A DNA stretch of 64,000 nucleotides from Dehalococcoidia bacterium (GTDB taxonomy: Bacteria > Chloroflexota > Dehalococcoidia > Bin125): NCBI GenBank assembly GCA_963662615.2, contig CAXXSR010000001.1, forward strand, positions 1,440,001 to 1,504,000. Reading direction: 5' to 3'. Positions 1 through 9,646 of this stretch are shown here, piece after piece. Below the pieces are notes generated by a model. It saw nothing but the letters and a program-made list of their open reading frames with translations. It made no database searches and had not been told where the DNA came from. Position numbers and translations under genes: made by a program. Position 1 is the first letter of the stretch. The number at the start of each line of letters is the position of its first letter.

Positions 1-1
1 C

Positions 2-979
2 TTCTGGTGGGATCAGGCGGCCGGGGCTTGGATTAGTGACTTAACCATCCTGCCGGATATCCTCCGCCCCAATCTCATCCTCTCGCGCGGCATGGCGATC
101 TTCATCATCACGACGCGCGCCACCGACGTCCGCATCGACCTCGTGCCCGCCTTGCCAACGCCGGAGCCCGCCATCGCCTCACGCCTGCGTCTCGACCTCG
201 ACGGCCTCGAGCCGCTCGCCAGCGGGCACTACGAAGGCTGGGCTATCTTCGGCGACGACAAGCTCTCCACCGGCAAGTTCAACCTCGCCGACGACGGATC
301 GAAACTCACGCTGAGCGGCGAAGCGATTGACCTCTTCGAGACCGGCGTCGACCTCGCCGGCGCCGACGCGATCGTCATCACCATCGAGGCCGAGGACGAC
401 ATCGACGACGTCCCCAGCGGCATCGTCGTCCTCGCCGGCGACCTCGCCGGCGCCACCGCCTCGCTCGCCTTCCCCACCAACTTCTCAACCATCGCCGGCG
501 GCTACATCCTCGCCACCCCCACCGACGACGACTCCACCAACGACACGGCCGGCGTCTGGTTCCTGATCCCGGGCGGCACCCCGGCTCTGACGCTGCCAGC
601 GCTCCCCGACGGCTGGGTCTATGAGGGCTGGGGCGTGACCCAGGGAACGCCGCTCACCACCGGCCGCTTCCTGGAGGCCAGCGGCACCGACTTCGCCGCC
701 CCCTTCTCCGGCCCCAACTCCGGGCCGCCCTTCCCCGGCGAGGACTTCGTCACCAACCTCCCCGACGCAATCGCGCCCCCCGTCGATCTGGCCGACGGCG
801 CTTCCACCATCGTGCTCTCGGTCGAGCCTGACCTCGACGGCGCTGACCCCACCGGCGACGCCCCCTTCTCCATCAAGCCGCTGGTCGGCCCCGTCGCCGC
901 GGGCCTCGCCGACCACACCCTGGCGGACATGGACCAGAACCTCGCCACCGTTCCCACCGGCCTCGCCACCATCGAATAG
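2..979 (+). CDS. Surface/secreted protein, 5'-truncated by the window edge, with a duplicated 'YEGW...TG(K/R)F' module (family often annotated anti-sigma-factor-like)
   Basis: Frame is open from base 2 (FWWDQAAGAW...) into ORF 92..979; HYEGW..STGKF and VYEGW..TTGRF internal repeats. Confidence 0.65.
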   Translation, partial: FWWDQAAGAWISDLTILPDILRPNLILSRGMAIFIITTRATDVRIDLVPALPTPEPAIASRLRLDLDGLEPLASGHYEGWAIFGDDKLSTGKFNLADDGSKLTLSGEAIDLFETGVDLAGADAIVITIEAEDDIDDVPSGIVVLAGDLAGATASLAFPTNFSTIAGGYILATPTDDDSTNDTAGVWFLIPGGTPALTLPALPDGWVYEGWGVTQGTPLTTGRFLEASGTDFAAPFSGPNSGPPFPGEDFVTNLPDAIAPPVDLADGASTIVLSVEPDLDGADPTGDAPFSIKPLVGPVAAGLADHTLADMDQNLATVPTGLATIE

Positions 980-1025
980 GATTGGCACCATCGAATAGGA
1001 AGGCGCCCCGTCAACTCGCACGCAC

Positions 1026-1051
1026 AGAGGCCCGGCTCCCGCCGGGCCTCT
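1026..1051 (+). terminator. Hairpin after the first gene (probable intrinsic terminator), directly abutting the IS
   Basis: agaggcccggc-tccc-gccgggcctct, 11-bp stem. Confidence 0.65.
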
Positions 1052-1123
1052 TCCTTAAGGAACTATATACTTGACTCCCTCGTCATGGTAGGCTAGTATC
1101 TCCCTGAAGGCAGGGAGACGGCC

Positions 1124-2053
1124 ATGAGCCACGGTGATGTGACAGTCAGCACATTTGAACTCTTCCAGATGATCCCGGACGCCGAGGCTGCCCGGCTCTA
1201 CCTCGAAGCGCGACGTTGGCACGGTGAGCCGGCCTGCCCGCTCTGTGGTGCCTACGAGCACATCACCGCCCGCACCGGTAAGCGAGTGGGCTATTACCGA
1301 TGCCGCGACTGCGGCGGCGAGTTCACTGTCCGCACCGGCACGATCTTCGAGCGCTCGCACGTTCCGCTCAACAAGTGGGTCTACGCCATGTACCAGTTGG
1401 TCACGGCCCGTAAGGGTATCTCTTCACTTCAGCTATCCAAAGAGATCGGCGTCACGCAGAAGACGGCGTGGTTCATGCTGGGTCGCCTTCGCGAAGCGTG
1501 CGGCGACGACACTAGCTCGCTCAGCGGGATCGTCGAGGTGGACGAGACGTTCATCGGTGGCAAGGAGCACAACAAGCACGCCAACAAGAAGCTCCACGCC
1601 GGACGTGGTACTGTCGGCAAGCAGCCGGTGATCGGGATGCGTCAGCGCGGCGGCAAGTCGATCGCGAAGCCGATCGGCGGCACGGATGGGGCGACGCTCC
1701 GCTCGGCCATCGAACAGCACGTGCGCCCCGGCTCCACGGTCTACACGGACGAGCACAGCGGCTATCACGCCCTCGCGCTCTACGCGCGCGGAACCGTCAA
1801 CCATGGCGCCGGCGAGTACGTCGGCGCGGGAGACATCCACATCAACTCGGTCGAGTCGATGTGGGCCGTGCTCAAGCGCAGCATCTACGGCACTTGGCAT
1901 CAGGTCAGCGTGAAGCACCTCGCCCGGTACGTGAACGAGGCGACGTTCCGGCTCAACGAGGGCAGCGTTCAGCGCCACACACTGGATCGGCTCGCGTCCT
2001 TCGCCGAGCACGCGTTCCACCACCGGATCACGTACCGGGAGTTGACGGCATGA
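1124..2053 (+). CDS. IS1595-family (ISXO2-like DDE) transposase
   Basis: Zn ribbon CPLC...CRDC, GTIFE, VEVDET, YTDE, HINSVES, YVNE..FRLN motifs. Confidence 0.95.
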   Translation: MSHGDVTVSTFELFQMIPDAEAARLYLEARRWHGEPACPLCGAYEHITARTGKRVGYYRCRDCGGEFTVRTGTIFERSHVPLNKWVYAMYQLVTARKGISSLQLSKEIGVTQKTAWFMLGRLREACGDDTSSLSGIVEVDETFIGGKEHNKHANKKLHAGRGTVGKQPVIGMRQRGGKSIAKPIGGTDGATLRSAIEQHVRPGSTVYTDEHSGYHALALYARGTVNHGAGEYVGAGDIHINSVESMWAVLKRSIYGTWHQVSVKHLARYVNEATFRLNEGSVQRHTLDRLASFAEHAFHHRITYRELTA

Positions 2054-2994
2054 CCGAGCAGGCTCTCAACGCCATCACGGACAAGGTGTTCTCGCACCGC
2101 TACCAGCCCGGCCCGCTCAAGGTCATCGCCGGAACGTCTGACGCGCCGCTGCGCATCGGTGATATCGAGATTCCCTGCTACGTGCTGGAAGACGAGACGC
2201 GTGTCCTGAGTCAGCGCGGGGTCTTCGAGGCGCTCGGCGTGAGTCGGGGTGGAGGTTCAAACGGCGGCGCACAGACCCCCCGTTTCGCGGCCTCTAAGTC
2301 CCTGCAACCATTTGTGCGCAACGATTTAACGGCGGCGCTCAGCTCGCCCATTCTGTTCCAGCCGCCGCAAGGAGGTCGCACCGCCTACGGCTACCCGGCA
2401 GAGGTACTCGTGGACATCTGCAAGGCGGTGCTTCAAGCGCGCGACGCTGGTGCGCTGGATCGTCAGCAGGCCACCCTTGCGCGTCGCGCCGACATGCTGA
2501 TTCAAGGCTTCGCCACCGTCGGCGTGATCGCGCTCGTGGACGAAGCCACGGGCTACCAGCGCATCCGCGAAGAGCACGCGCTCGCAACTATCCTTGAGCG
2601 CTTTATCGCCGCTGAGCTCCAGTCGTGGACACGGACATTCGACTATGAGTTCTACGAACAGATATTCCGGCTCAAGGGTTGGGGCAGTCCCGATGGCGTC
2701 AAGCGACCTCGCGTGATCGGTACCTACACGAACGATATCGTCTATGAGCGGATCGCACCGGGAGTGCTCGACGAACTGCGTCAGGTCAATCCAACCCTAC
2801 CGCAAGGTTGGCGGAAGAATCGACATCACCAGTGGTTCACGCCGGAGTTCGGGCACCCCAAGCTCAAGGAGCACCTCGCCGCAGTCATCGCGCTCATGCG
2901 CGCAGCACCAAGCTGGGACGCCTTCAAGCGCAGTCTTGATCGCGCGCTCCCGAAGATTGGGAACACGATCCCACTGGCGCTGTACGACGAATAG
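2050..2994 (+). CDS. P63C-domain protein (phage Mx8 p63 C-terminal-like), IS passenger
   Basis: IPCYVLED..RVLSQRG, GVIALVDEATGYQ, FYEQIFRL, TNDIVYER, RHHQW; ATGA overlap with the transposase stop. Confidence 0.85.
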   Translation: MTEQALNAITDKVFSHRYQPGPLKVIAGTSDAPLRIGDIEIPCYVLEDETRVLSQRGVFEALGVSRGGGSNGGAQTPRFAASKSLQPFVRNDLTAALSSPILFQPPQGGRTAYGYPAEVLVDICKAVLQARDAGALDRQQATLARRADMLIQGFATVGVIALVDEATGYQRIREEHALATILERFIAAELQSWTRTFDYEFYEQIFRLKGWGSPDGVKRPRVIGTYTNDIVYERIAPGVLDELRQVNPTLPQGWRKNRHHQWFTPEFGHPKLKEHLAAVIALMRAAPSWDAFKRSLDRALPKIGNTIPLALYDE

Positions 2995-2996
2995 CC

Positions 2997-3705
2997 TTAC
3001 TCGACGAGCAGGATGCGCACGGGGTCGGTGAAACTGCTGGGCGCGTAACGGAGTTCCACCGGTCGGGCCTCGGTCGTGATCGTGAAGTACAGTGATCGAT
3101 CTACTGTGGTGTTCCCGAACAGCTGGAACGTACCCTCCTTGAACATGTTCTCTGGGCAGTCACTGCAGAACGTGTCGGCGTTATGCCCGACACCGTCAGA
3201 GTCGATCACCGTGAATGTTGACCTTCCACTGAACGTGTAGGACTCGCCCTTGAGCTTGCGCATCCTCACCACCAACCGCCAGTTGCTATCGTCGAACTGC
3301 GAGGCCGAGGTGTGCAACGCTACGGACACAGCAGTGAGTTCAAGGCTGCCGACCACTACAGGATCACCGAATGCGGGCGGCGTAGGTGCGGGCGGAGGAG
3401 GCGGAGGAGTAGGCGTGAGTTTTAAGTGTCTCCGTTGAAGCGGTCGGTTCAGGTTCGGTGGTGTCCGACGCCACAGTAGCCGTCACGACAGTCGTCGGTT
3501 TTGCAGTCGCGGCGCCGTCGTCAGTCGGTACCGCGATCCAAGCCACCAGCAGAATCACTGAGACCACGCCGACCCATGGCATCCAGGTCATGCGCAGACG
3601 CGCTGAGAACAGCAGCGGGATCGTGACGATCCAGACTCCGCTCACGACCAGCGTGACGATGCGTAGCCAGTTCGGCCAGTTGCGCGGTGCTAGCTTGTCG
3701 GGCAT
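2997..3705 (-). pseudogene. Membrane-anchored protein with Pro/Thr linker and DUF4352-like C-terminal domain, split by a frameshift near 3420
   Basis: ORF 3364..3705 (two TM helices + T-rich linker) continues in another frame as TPTPPPPPAPTPPAFGDPVVVGSLEL into ORF 2997..3356. Confidence 0.55.
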
Positions 3706-3838
3706 GGACTTGACCTTCTTACGGAGAGAGGTCTCCCGTACTATACCCTAGACGCGCGTCGGGAGTCAAGTATATAGTTCCCCTTCCTTAGCCCCATTGC
3801 GACGCGCCGTGCCGAGATCAATAAGCGACGCAGTCCCA

Positions 3839-4002
3839 ACGGTTCGTCCTGACCTGGCCTTGCCTCCTGGAAAAGAGCCAGTCGAAGGGCGAACGCCCCA
3901 AATATCGCCCAGAGCATCAAGCCTCGGCGCGAGCCGCCACCAACACCGCGCTCGCCTGGACGACCCGCGAGCGCGTGTGGAAAACGAGCGCGCGGAAAAA
4001 AA
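3839..4002 (+). repeat. Composite intergenic repeat (cgttcgtcctga...gtcgaagggcgaac module + ggcgcgagccgccacc...cgcgagcgcg module)
   Basis: Same modules recur at 5745-5990, 11267-11560, 41480-43400 and 57990-58090. Confidence 0.8.
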
Positions 4003-4008
4003 CGCGCC

Positions 4009-5607
4009 CTACGGACCGCCCGTCGCTACCTCCGCCGATACAATCGGCCGGAACGTGTCGAAGTTGTCACGGAACAACGCCGCCAGATCCCTGTAGCTGC
4101 GGTCGTACGATTTCGTATCCTGCCACTGCTCGCGCGGGTTCAGCACGCCATCGTCAAGGCCGGGGCAGGACACGGGCACGTCGAACCCAAAGATCGCATC
4201 GGCCCGATACGCGCCGGCCCCCAGCCGGTCATTCAGGATCGCATGCACCATCCGCCGCGTGTCCTGAATCGCAACCCGATGCCCCACCCCGTACGCGCCG
4301 CCAACCCACCCCGTGTTGATCAGCCAGACCTGCGCGCCCGTCATCTCCAGCCGCTGCTGCAGCATCTCGGCGTACACCGTGGGGTTCAGCGCCATGAAGG
4401 GCGCCCCAAAGCAGGCGCTGAACGTCGCTTGCGGCTCGTCGATGCCCGTCTCCGTCCCCGCCAGCTTCGACGTGTAGCCGCTCAGGAAGTGGTACAGCGC
4501 CTGCGGGTACGTCAGCCGCGCCATCGGCGGCAACACGCCAAAGGCGTCCGCCGTCAGCAGGATCACATGCGACGGATGCGGCGCCAGCCCGTCCTGATAC
4601 GCATTCGCCAGCATCGACAGCGGGTACGACCCCCGCGTGTTCTCCGTCAGCGAGTCATCGTCCAGGTCCACCCGCCGACTGTCCTCGGGAAAGACCACGT
4701 TCTCCAGGATGGTGCCAAAGTCCCGCATGGTCTCAAAGATCACCGGCTCCGCCTCTTGCGAGAGACGGATCACCTTCGCGTAGCAGCCCCCTTCAATGTT
4801 GAAGATCCCGGACTCCGACCAGGCGTGCTCGTCGTCGCCGATCAAGATGCGATCGGGATCGGTGCTCAGCGTCGTCTTGCCCGTCCCCGACAGGCCAAAG
4901 AAGAACGCCGTCTTCCCCGTCTCCGGGTCCATGTTCGCCGCCGAGTGCAGCGTCAGCACTCCGGTCAACGGCAGGTAGTAGTTCATCGCTGTAAAGACGG
5001 CCTTCTTCATCTCGCCCGCGTAGGCCGTCCCCGCAATCAGCACCACCCCCTCCTCTAGGTGCAGCGCGACCACGGCATCGCTGTTGACGCCGTCCGCGTC
5101 GCCCTCCAGCTCCAAGAAGGGGGCGTGCAGAATGGTGATGTCGGCCCGCTCCCCCTCCGGCAGCGCCGTCCCCGTTTCGTCGTTGGGGATGAACATCGTC
5201 CGGGCGAAGATGCTGTGATAGGCCTGCTCCGTGATCACCTGCACCGTCCGCCGCTGCTCACGGTCCTGGGAGACCGTGCAGTCCTGCACGTAGAGGCTCT
5301 TCCCGGCGAAGTAGTCCAGCACCCGGCCCTGCAAGTGCGCAAACGTCTCCGGCTCCATAGGCTGATTGTGCGCGCCCCACCAGACGTGCTCCGCCGTCTC
5401 CGGCGTGCGCACCACGAACTTGTCCTGCGGGCTCCGACCGGTCCGCCGCCCCGTCCGCACCGCGAAGCTGCCGCCCTCCAGCAGCTTGCCCTCCCCCGCA
5501 CGCACGGAGTGCTCGTAGAGCACCGGCGTCGTCAGATTGCGGTACACCGTCTCCGCCTTCGCGAGGACGCGCTTGCTGATCTCGCCTGAGCCCGCGGTTC
5601 GCGGCAT
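4009..5607 (-). CDS. pckA: Phosphoenolpyruvate carboxykinase (ATP)
   Basis: TGRSPQDKF, YAGEMKK, FFGLSGTGKTTLS, LIGDDEH, NIEGGCYAK, TENTR; start placed at MPRTAG. Confidence 0.97.
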   Translation of the reverse strand: MPRTAGSGEISKRVLAKAETVYRNLTTPVLYEHSVRAGEGKLLEGGSFAVRTGRRTGRSPQDKFVVRTPETAEHVWWGAHNQPMEPETFAHLQGRVLDYFAGKSLYVQDCTVSQDREQRRTVQVITEQAYHSIFARTMFIPNDETGTALPEGERADITILHAPFLELEGDADGVNSDAVVALHLEEGVVLIAGTAYAGEMKKAVFTAMNYYLPLTGVLTLHSAANMDPETGKTAFFFGLSGTGKTTLSTDPDRILIGDDEHAWSESGIFNIEGGCYAKVIRLSQEAEPVIFETMRDFGTILENVVFPEDSRRVDLDDDSLTENTRGSYPLSMLANAYQDGLAPHPSHVILLTADAFGVLPPMARLTYPQALYHFLSGYTSKLAGTETGIDEPQATFSACFGAPFMALNPTVYAEMLQQRLEMTGAQVWLINTGWVGGAYGVGHRVAIQDTRRMVHAILNDRLGAGAYRADAIFGFDVPVSCPGLDDGVLNPREQWQDTKSYDRSYRDLAALFRDNFDTFRPIVSAEVATGGP

Positions 5608-5744
5608 TCGCCCAGATTCCGTTCTTGCCACAACAGCCCATTCTTGCCAACGGCCGAAAGCGCCAGAGACGGACTCGCCCAACGTGCTCCAACAACCATC
5701 ATCCACCACCGCCACCGGCGCCGCCACCCGCCCCGCTCATCAAC

Positions 5745-6262
5745 CCTCGGCGCGAGCCGCCACCAACGCCGCGTGAGCCCGGACGACCCGCGAGCGCGCG
5801 TCGAAAAACCCGTTCGTCCTGAACCTGTCGAAGGGCGAACGAGTCCTGCACCCCCTCTCCATCGCTCACCGATGGAGAGGGGGCTGGGGGGTGAGGTCCT
5901 CCCGTCACCCTGCACCCGCCCGTCCTGACCGGTCCTTCGCGCAGCAGAAGGAGCCTGCCTGTCCTGAGCTTGCCGAAGGGCCGAACGGTCGAACGGTGAC
6001 GGGGGGCGACATCGTCCTGATCATGAAGTCCCGGCGCGAGCCGCCACCAACCCCGCGCGAGCCCGCATGACCCGCGAGCGCGCGTCAAAAAACCGCCCCG
6101 ACCATCAACCGCCGGCGCGAGCCGCCACCAACCCCGCGCGAGCCCGCATGACCCGCGAGCGCGCGTCAAAAAACCGCCCCGCTCATCAACCGCCGGCGCG
6201 AGCCGCCACCAACCCCGCGCGAGCCCGCATGACCCGCGAGCGCGCGTCAAAAACCGCCCCCG
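5745..6262 (+). repeat. Repeat cluster including an 81-bp tandem array (about 3 copies, 6031-6262) and a cccctctccatcg..cgatggagagggg hairpin
   Basis: ccggcgcgagccgccaccaacccc unit starts at 6031, 6112 and 6193. Confidence 0.9.
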
Positions 6263-6369
6263 CTTGCCGACTGCCCCCCGCGTCTGTTAGCCAGAAGGCT
6301 CGAAACGCGTTGGGCACTGGACGGGTCGCGGACTCGTCGCCAGCCCAGACGGACGGCGCCAGCGAGATC

Positions 6370-7878
6370 ATGACACGTCAAGTTCGACACCGCAGGGGGC
6401 TACTTCTTTCGATCCTCTTGATCTTCGCCGCGCTCGCTCTCGCCCTCGCCGCCGCCTGCAGCGATGACGACAATGATCCGCAGACGCAGCCGGCCGCAAC
6501 CGCCGCCCCCGCCCAGCAGCCCGCGCCGGCGCCGGAACCCGCCGCCCAGCCGGAACCCGCCGCCAGACCGGAGCCCGCGCCGCCCCCGGCGCCGGAACCG
6601 GCGCCCCAGCCCGAACCGGCACCAGAGCCGGAACCGCCCCCGGAGCCCGAACCAGCTCCAGAGCTGCAACCGCCCCCCGAGCTCGAACCGCCCCCAGAGC
6701 CGGAACTCAAGACTGGCACCGTGAAGGTTGGCTTGCCCGTCCCGCTCAGCGGCGCCGCCGCCGTCTTCGGCCAGATCTGGTCCGCCGGCGTCAATCTCGC
6801 CGTCAACGAGATCAACAGCGGCGACCTCGACGCCTGCAGCTTCTGCGAGCCCGGCGGCGGCGTCCTTGTGGGCGACACCGTCTACTCCATCGATCTGCTT
6901 GAGACCGACACCGGCACTGAGATCCAGGCTGCGCTCGCCTCGACCGTCGAACTCATCCGAGACGAAGAGGTCCAGTACTTTTTCGGCCCCATCCTCAACG
7001 ACCACGTCATCGTCGCCCAGGCGCTAACCAACCCCGAGAGGGTCATCCTCTTCGGTGCCACCACCGACATCGACGCTGTCCTCACCCCGGAGTCGGCCGG
7101 ACCCGGCGGCGAACAGCGTTACCTCTTCAAGACCCGAATCGGCGAAGCCGGCCGCCAGGTCATGATGACGCGCGTCACCCGCCAGCTCTTCCCCGAGGCC
7201 CAGAGGATGCAGCTCTTGATCAACGACGACACGCTCGGGAAGTTCATCGCGCCGCTCTTTGAGCAGGCCTACAACGCCGCTGGCTATGAGGTCCTGGAGA
7301 CCATCTTCTTCCCGACCGGGACCACGGAGTTCGGGCCCTCTCTGACCCGCATCAAGCGCCGCAACCCGGACCTCCTCCACATCTGGTGGCCCGCCGACGA
7401 AGTCTCGACCGCCCTCCAGCAATCGTTCGAGCTTGAAGTCGCGCCCGCCTACGAGGCCAACTTCGTCGACCCCGGCTTCTTCAAGGAGCTATTCCCCGAC
7501 GGCGTGGAGGCCCCGGTAGCCCTCCTCTGTGTCCCCCTCTGCTGGGGTGAACCGTCCAGCCGGCGTGCCGCCGACTTCTTCGCCCGGCTCGAGGCCGCCG
7601 GCACGGAACTGACCCCCGCAGCCGGCCTCAGCCTGCTCATCTACGACTTCGTCTTCATGCTCGCCAAAGCCTGGCAAGTGGTCGGCACCGTCACCCACAC
7701 CGGCGCCGTCGTCGCCGCGCTGGGAGCCATCCAGTACGATGGCGTCGCCGGCGCGCTCGCGTTCAATGATCGCCACGTCGCCGGCAACGGCTGGGACGTC
7801 TGCATTACCAGCGGCGACCTCCAGTTTGACTGCGAGCTCTTCCAGGCCTCGGAGGAAGAACTGACGCTGCTCGACTAG
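6370..7878 (+). CDS. Branched-chain amino-acid-type ABC substrate-binding lipoprotein with Pro/Glu-rich linker
   Basis: Lipobox LAAAC, PEP repeats, VKVGLPVPLSG, AVNEIN; the longer ORF start lies inside the repeat array. Confidence 0.85.
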   Translation: MTRQVRHRRGLLLSILLIFAALALALAAACSDDDNDPQTQPAATAAPAQQPAPAPEPAAQPEPAARPEPAPPPAPEPAPQPEPAPEPEPPPEPEPAPELQPPPELEPPPEPELKTGTVKVGLPVPLSGAAAVFGQIWSAGVNLAVNEINSGDLDACSFCEPGGGVLVGDTVYSIDLLETDTGTEIQAALASTVELIRDEEVQYFFGPILNDHVIVAQALTNPERVILFGATTDIDAVLTPESAGPGGEQRYLFKTRIGEAGRQVMMTRVTRQLFPEAQRMQLLINDDTLGKFIAPLFEQAYNAAGYEVLETIFFPTGTTEFGPSLTRIKRRNPDLLHIWWPADEVSTALQQSFELEVAPAYEANFVDPGFFKELFPDGVEAPVALLCVPLCWGEPSSRRAADFFARLEAAGTELTPAAGLSLLIYDFVFMLAKAWQVVGTVTHTGAVVAALGAIQYDGVAGALAFNDRHVAGNGWDVCITSGDLQFDCELFQASEEELTLLD

Positions 7879-7953
7879 CCACAACGCGCGACGGTACGCG
7901 GCCCGAACGCCGCGACGCGCGACACCGCTTGGACAACGGAAACGATTGGACCA

Positions 7954-8790
7954 GTGGCGACCACTGCCCAGATCTGGAGCGAGCGCACGGAGACCATCGC
8001 CGGGCTCTCGCTCCACCTCCTCCAGGGCGGCGACGGCCCGCCTGCCGTCGTTCTCCACCACTCCACCGGCAGCCTCGGCTGGCTCCCCTTCTACGACGCG
8101 CTCGCCGAGCACTTCCTCGTCCTCGCACCCGATCTTCCGGGTTGGGGAGAATCCGAACGCCCCGCCTGGGCCCGCGAGCCGCGTGACGTCGCCATCCTCA
8201 TCAACCGCTTGCTGGATGGACTGCTGCTTGAGGGCGTCACCCTCATCGGGACCGGCTTCGGCGGCTTCGTCGCCGCCGAGATGGCCACCATGACGCAGAG
8301 CCGCCTGCGCGCGCTCATCCTCGTCGGCGCGGCCGGCCTCCAGCCCCCGCAGGGCGAGATCCTGGACCAGATCATGCTCGACCACGAGGAATACGTGCGC
8401 GTCGGCTTCCGCGACGACGACGCCTACCGCGCCATCTTCGACGAGGAGGCGGCGCAGGAGCTGCGGCCGGTCTGGGATTTCGGCCGCGAAATGGCCGCCC
8501 GCCTCACCTGGCGGCCCTACATGTTCAACCCCCGCCTGCCGCACCTGCTCCCCGAAGTCCAGACGCCCTGCCTGCTCGTCTGGGGCGAAAACGACCGCGT
8601 CGTGCCGCTGAGCTGCGGCGAGCGCTACGCGCAGTCGATGCCCAACGCCCGCTTGGAGATCGTCCCCCAGGCGGGCCACCTGGTGGAGCTGGAGGAACCG
8701 CAAACCCTCGCGACGATGATCGGGGAGTACGTCAAGACCGTTCGTCCGGACGTGTCCTTCGCGCAGCAGAAGGAGCCTGTCGAAGGATGA
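7954..8790 (+). CDS. Alpha/beta fold hydrolase
   Basis: PDLPGWGES, GTGFGG nucleophile-elbow-like, LVWGENDRVVP, AGH; C-terminal ~18 aa derived from the repeat. Confidence 0.88.
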   Translation: MATTAQIWSERTETIAGLSLHLLQGGDGPPAVVLHHSTGSLGWLPFYDALAEHFLVLAPDLPGWGESERPAWAREPRDVAILINRLLDGLLLEGVTLIGTGFGGFVAAEMATMTQSRLRALILVGAAGLQPPQGEILDQIMLDHEEYVRVGFRDDDAYRAIFDEEAAQELRPVWDFGREMAARLTWRPYMFNPRLPHLLPEVQTPCLLVWGENDRVVPLSCGERYAQSMPNARLEIVPQAGHLVELEEPQTLATMIGEYVKTVRPDVSFAQQKEPVEG

Positions 8791-9386
8791 CCAACGATCA
8801 CCCCTCGCCGTCCGCCAATGCTGGCGGCACGAACGCCGGCGGGACCAAGCCGGCTTCGACGGGAACCATCGCCCAGATCAACGCCTCGGGGGGCGGCGTC
8901 CCCAAGCTGCCCGTCCCCGAGGCGCTTGTCGACGAGCGCGGCATCACCACCGACGCCTCCGCCGACAAGCTCCATCACGGCCTCCCCCACCAGGCCCTCT
9001 GCCTCTTCCCCCGCGAGCTCATCGCCCAGCTCCAGGCCGAGGGCCACCCCATCGACGCCGGCAGCATCGGCGAGAACATCACCACCGCCGGCCTCGACTG
9101 GCGCCGCGTCGTCCCTGGCGCCCGTCTGCGGCTGGGCGCAACCGTGCTCATCGAAGTCACCGACTACACCGCCCCCTGCTGGAAAAATGCGCGCTGGTTC
9201 GCCGACGGCGACTTCAACCGCATCAACCAGAAAACCCATCCCGGCGCCAGCCGCGTCTACGCTCGCGTCCTCCACGGCGGCGCCATCCGCCCCGGCGACC
9301 CCATCGAGCTGATCGACGACAGCGCCGCCGATCGCACCGACCGCCTCCGCATCCCCACCGTCCGCTGGCCCACCGACCCGCAATAG
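8787..9386 (+). CDS. MOSC domain protein (YiiM-like)
   Basis: GGVPK, HHG, GSIGENITT, APC, YARVL..G.I.PGD. Confidence 0.9.
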   Translation: MTNDHPSPSANAGGTNAGGTKPASTGTIAQINASGGGVPKLPVPEALVDERGITTDASADKLHHGLPHQALCLFPRELIAQLQAEGHPIDAGSIGENITTAGLDWRRVVPGARLRLGATVLIEVTDYTAPCWKNARWFADGDFNRINQKTHPGASRVYARVLHGGAIRPGDPIELIDDSAADRTDRLRIPTVRWPTDPQ

Positions 9387-9549
9387 CCGCTCGCCGTAAC
9401 CAACGCCGAAATCAACGTCGCGACTCGATCTGCTTCACGCGCCCGACCCGCCCGCGCTGCTGGCCGGGATCGCGCGCCAGCTCGCGATGCGCCCGAGCCT
9501 GTGTCATGGTTACTTGAGTATTGCGCTCGTCAGATCACCCGGGGACCCC

Positions 9550-9577
9550 TTGACGAATCTCGGAATCGGTCGATAAT
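9550..9577 (+). promoter_or_regulatory. Sigma70-like promoter upstream of the hairpin and NYN gene
   Basis: TTGACG-16 nt-GATAAT. Confidence 0.6.
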
Positions 9578-9590
9578 AGAGATCGATGCT

Positions 9591-9639
9591 CCCCGCCGTC
9601 CACAGGTTTCGGCCTGTGAACTGGCGGGGTTATTTATTA
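9591..9639 (+). ncRNA. Candidate structured leader/small RNA (long hairpin, UUCG loop, U-rich tail)
   Basis: ccccgcc-gtc-cacaggt-ttcg-gcctgtg-aact-ggcgggg followed by ttatttatt. Confidence 0.5.
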
Positions 9640-9646
9640 TGCGTCG

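Larger units (their letters stand above)
1058..3782 (+). mobile_element. IS1595-family element with passenger genes
   Basis: Perfect 21-bp TIR ggaactatatacttgactccc (1059-1079) / gggagtcaagtatatagttcc (3761-3781); 8-bp TSD cttcctta at 1050-1057 and 3783-3790; transposase inside. Confidence 0.95.

Noticed and set aside
967-1000. 15-bp direct repeat caccatcgaatagga as an att site or TSD
   Set aside because: Copies are only 4 bp apart and the IS already has its own TSD; most likely a local duplication
6067-6369. Repetitive N-terminal extension of the substrate-binding protein
   Set aside because: Translation of the 81-bp array; the signal peptide begins at 6370
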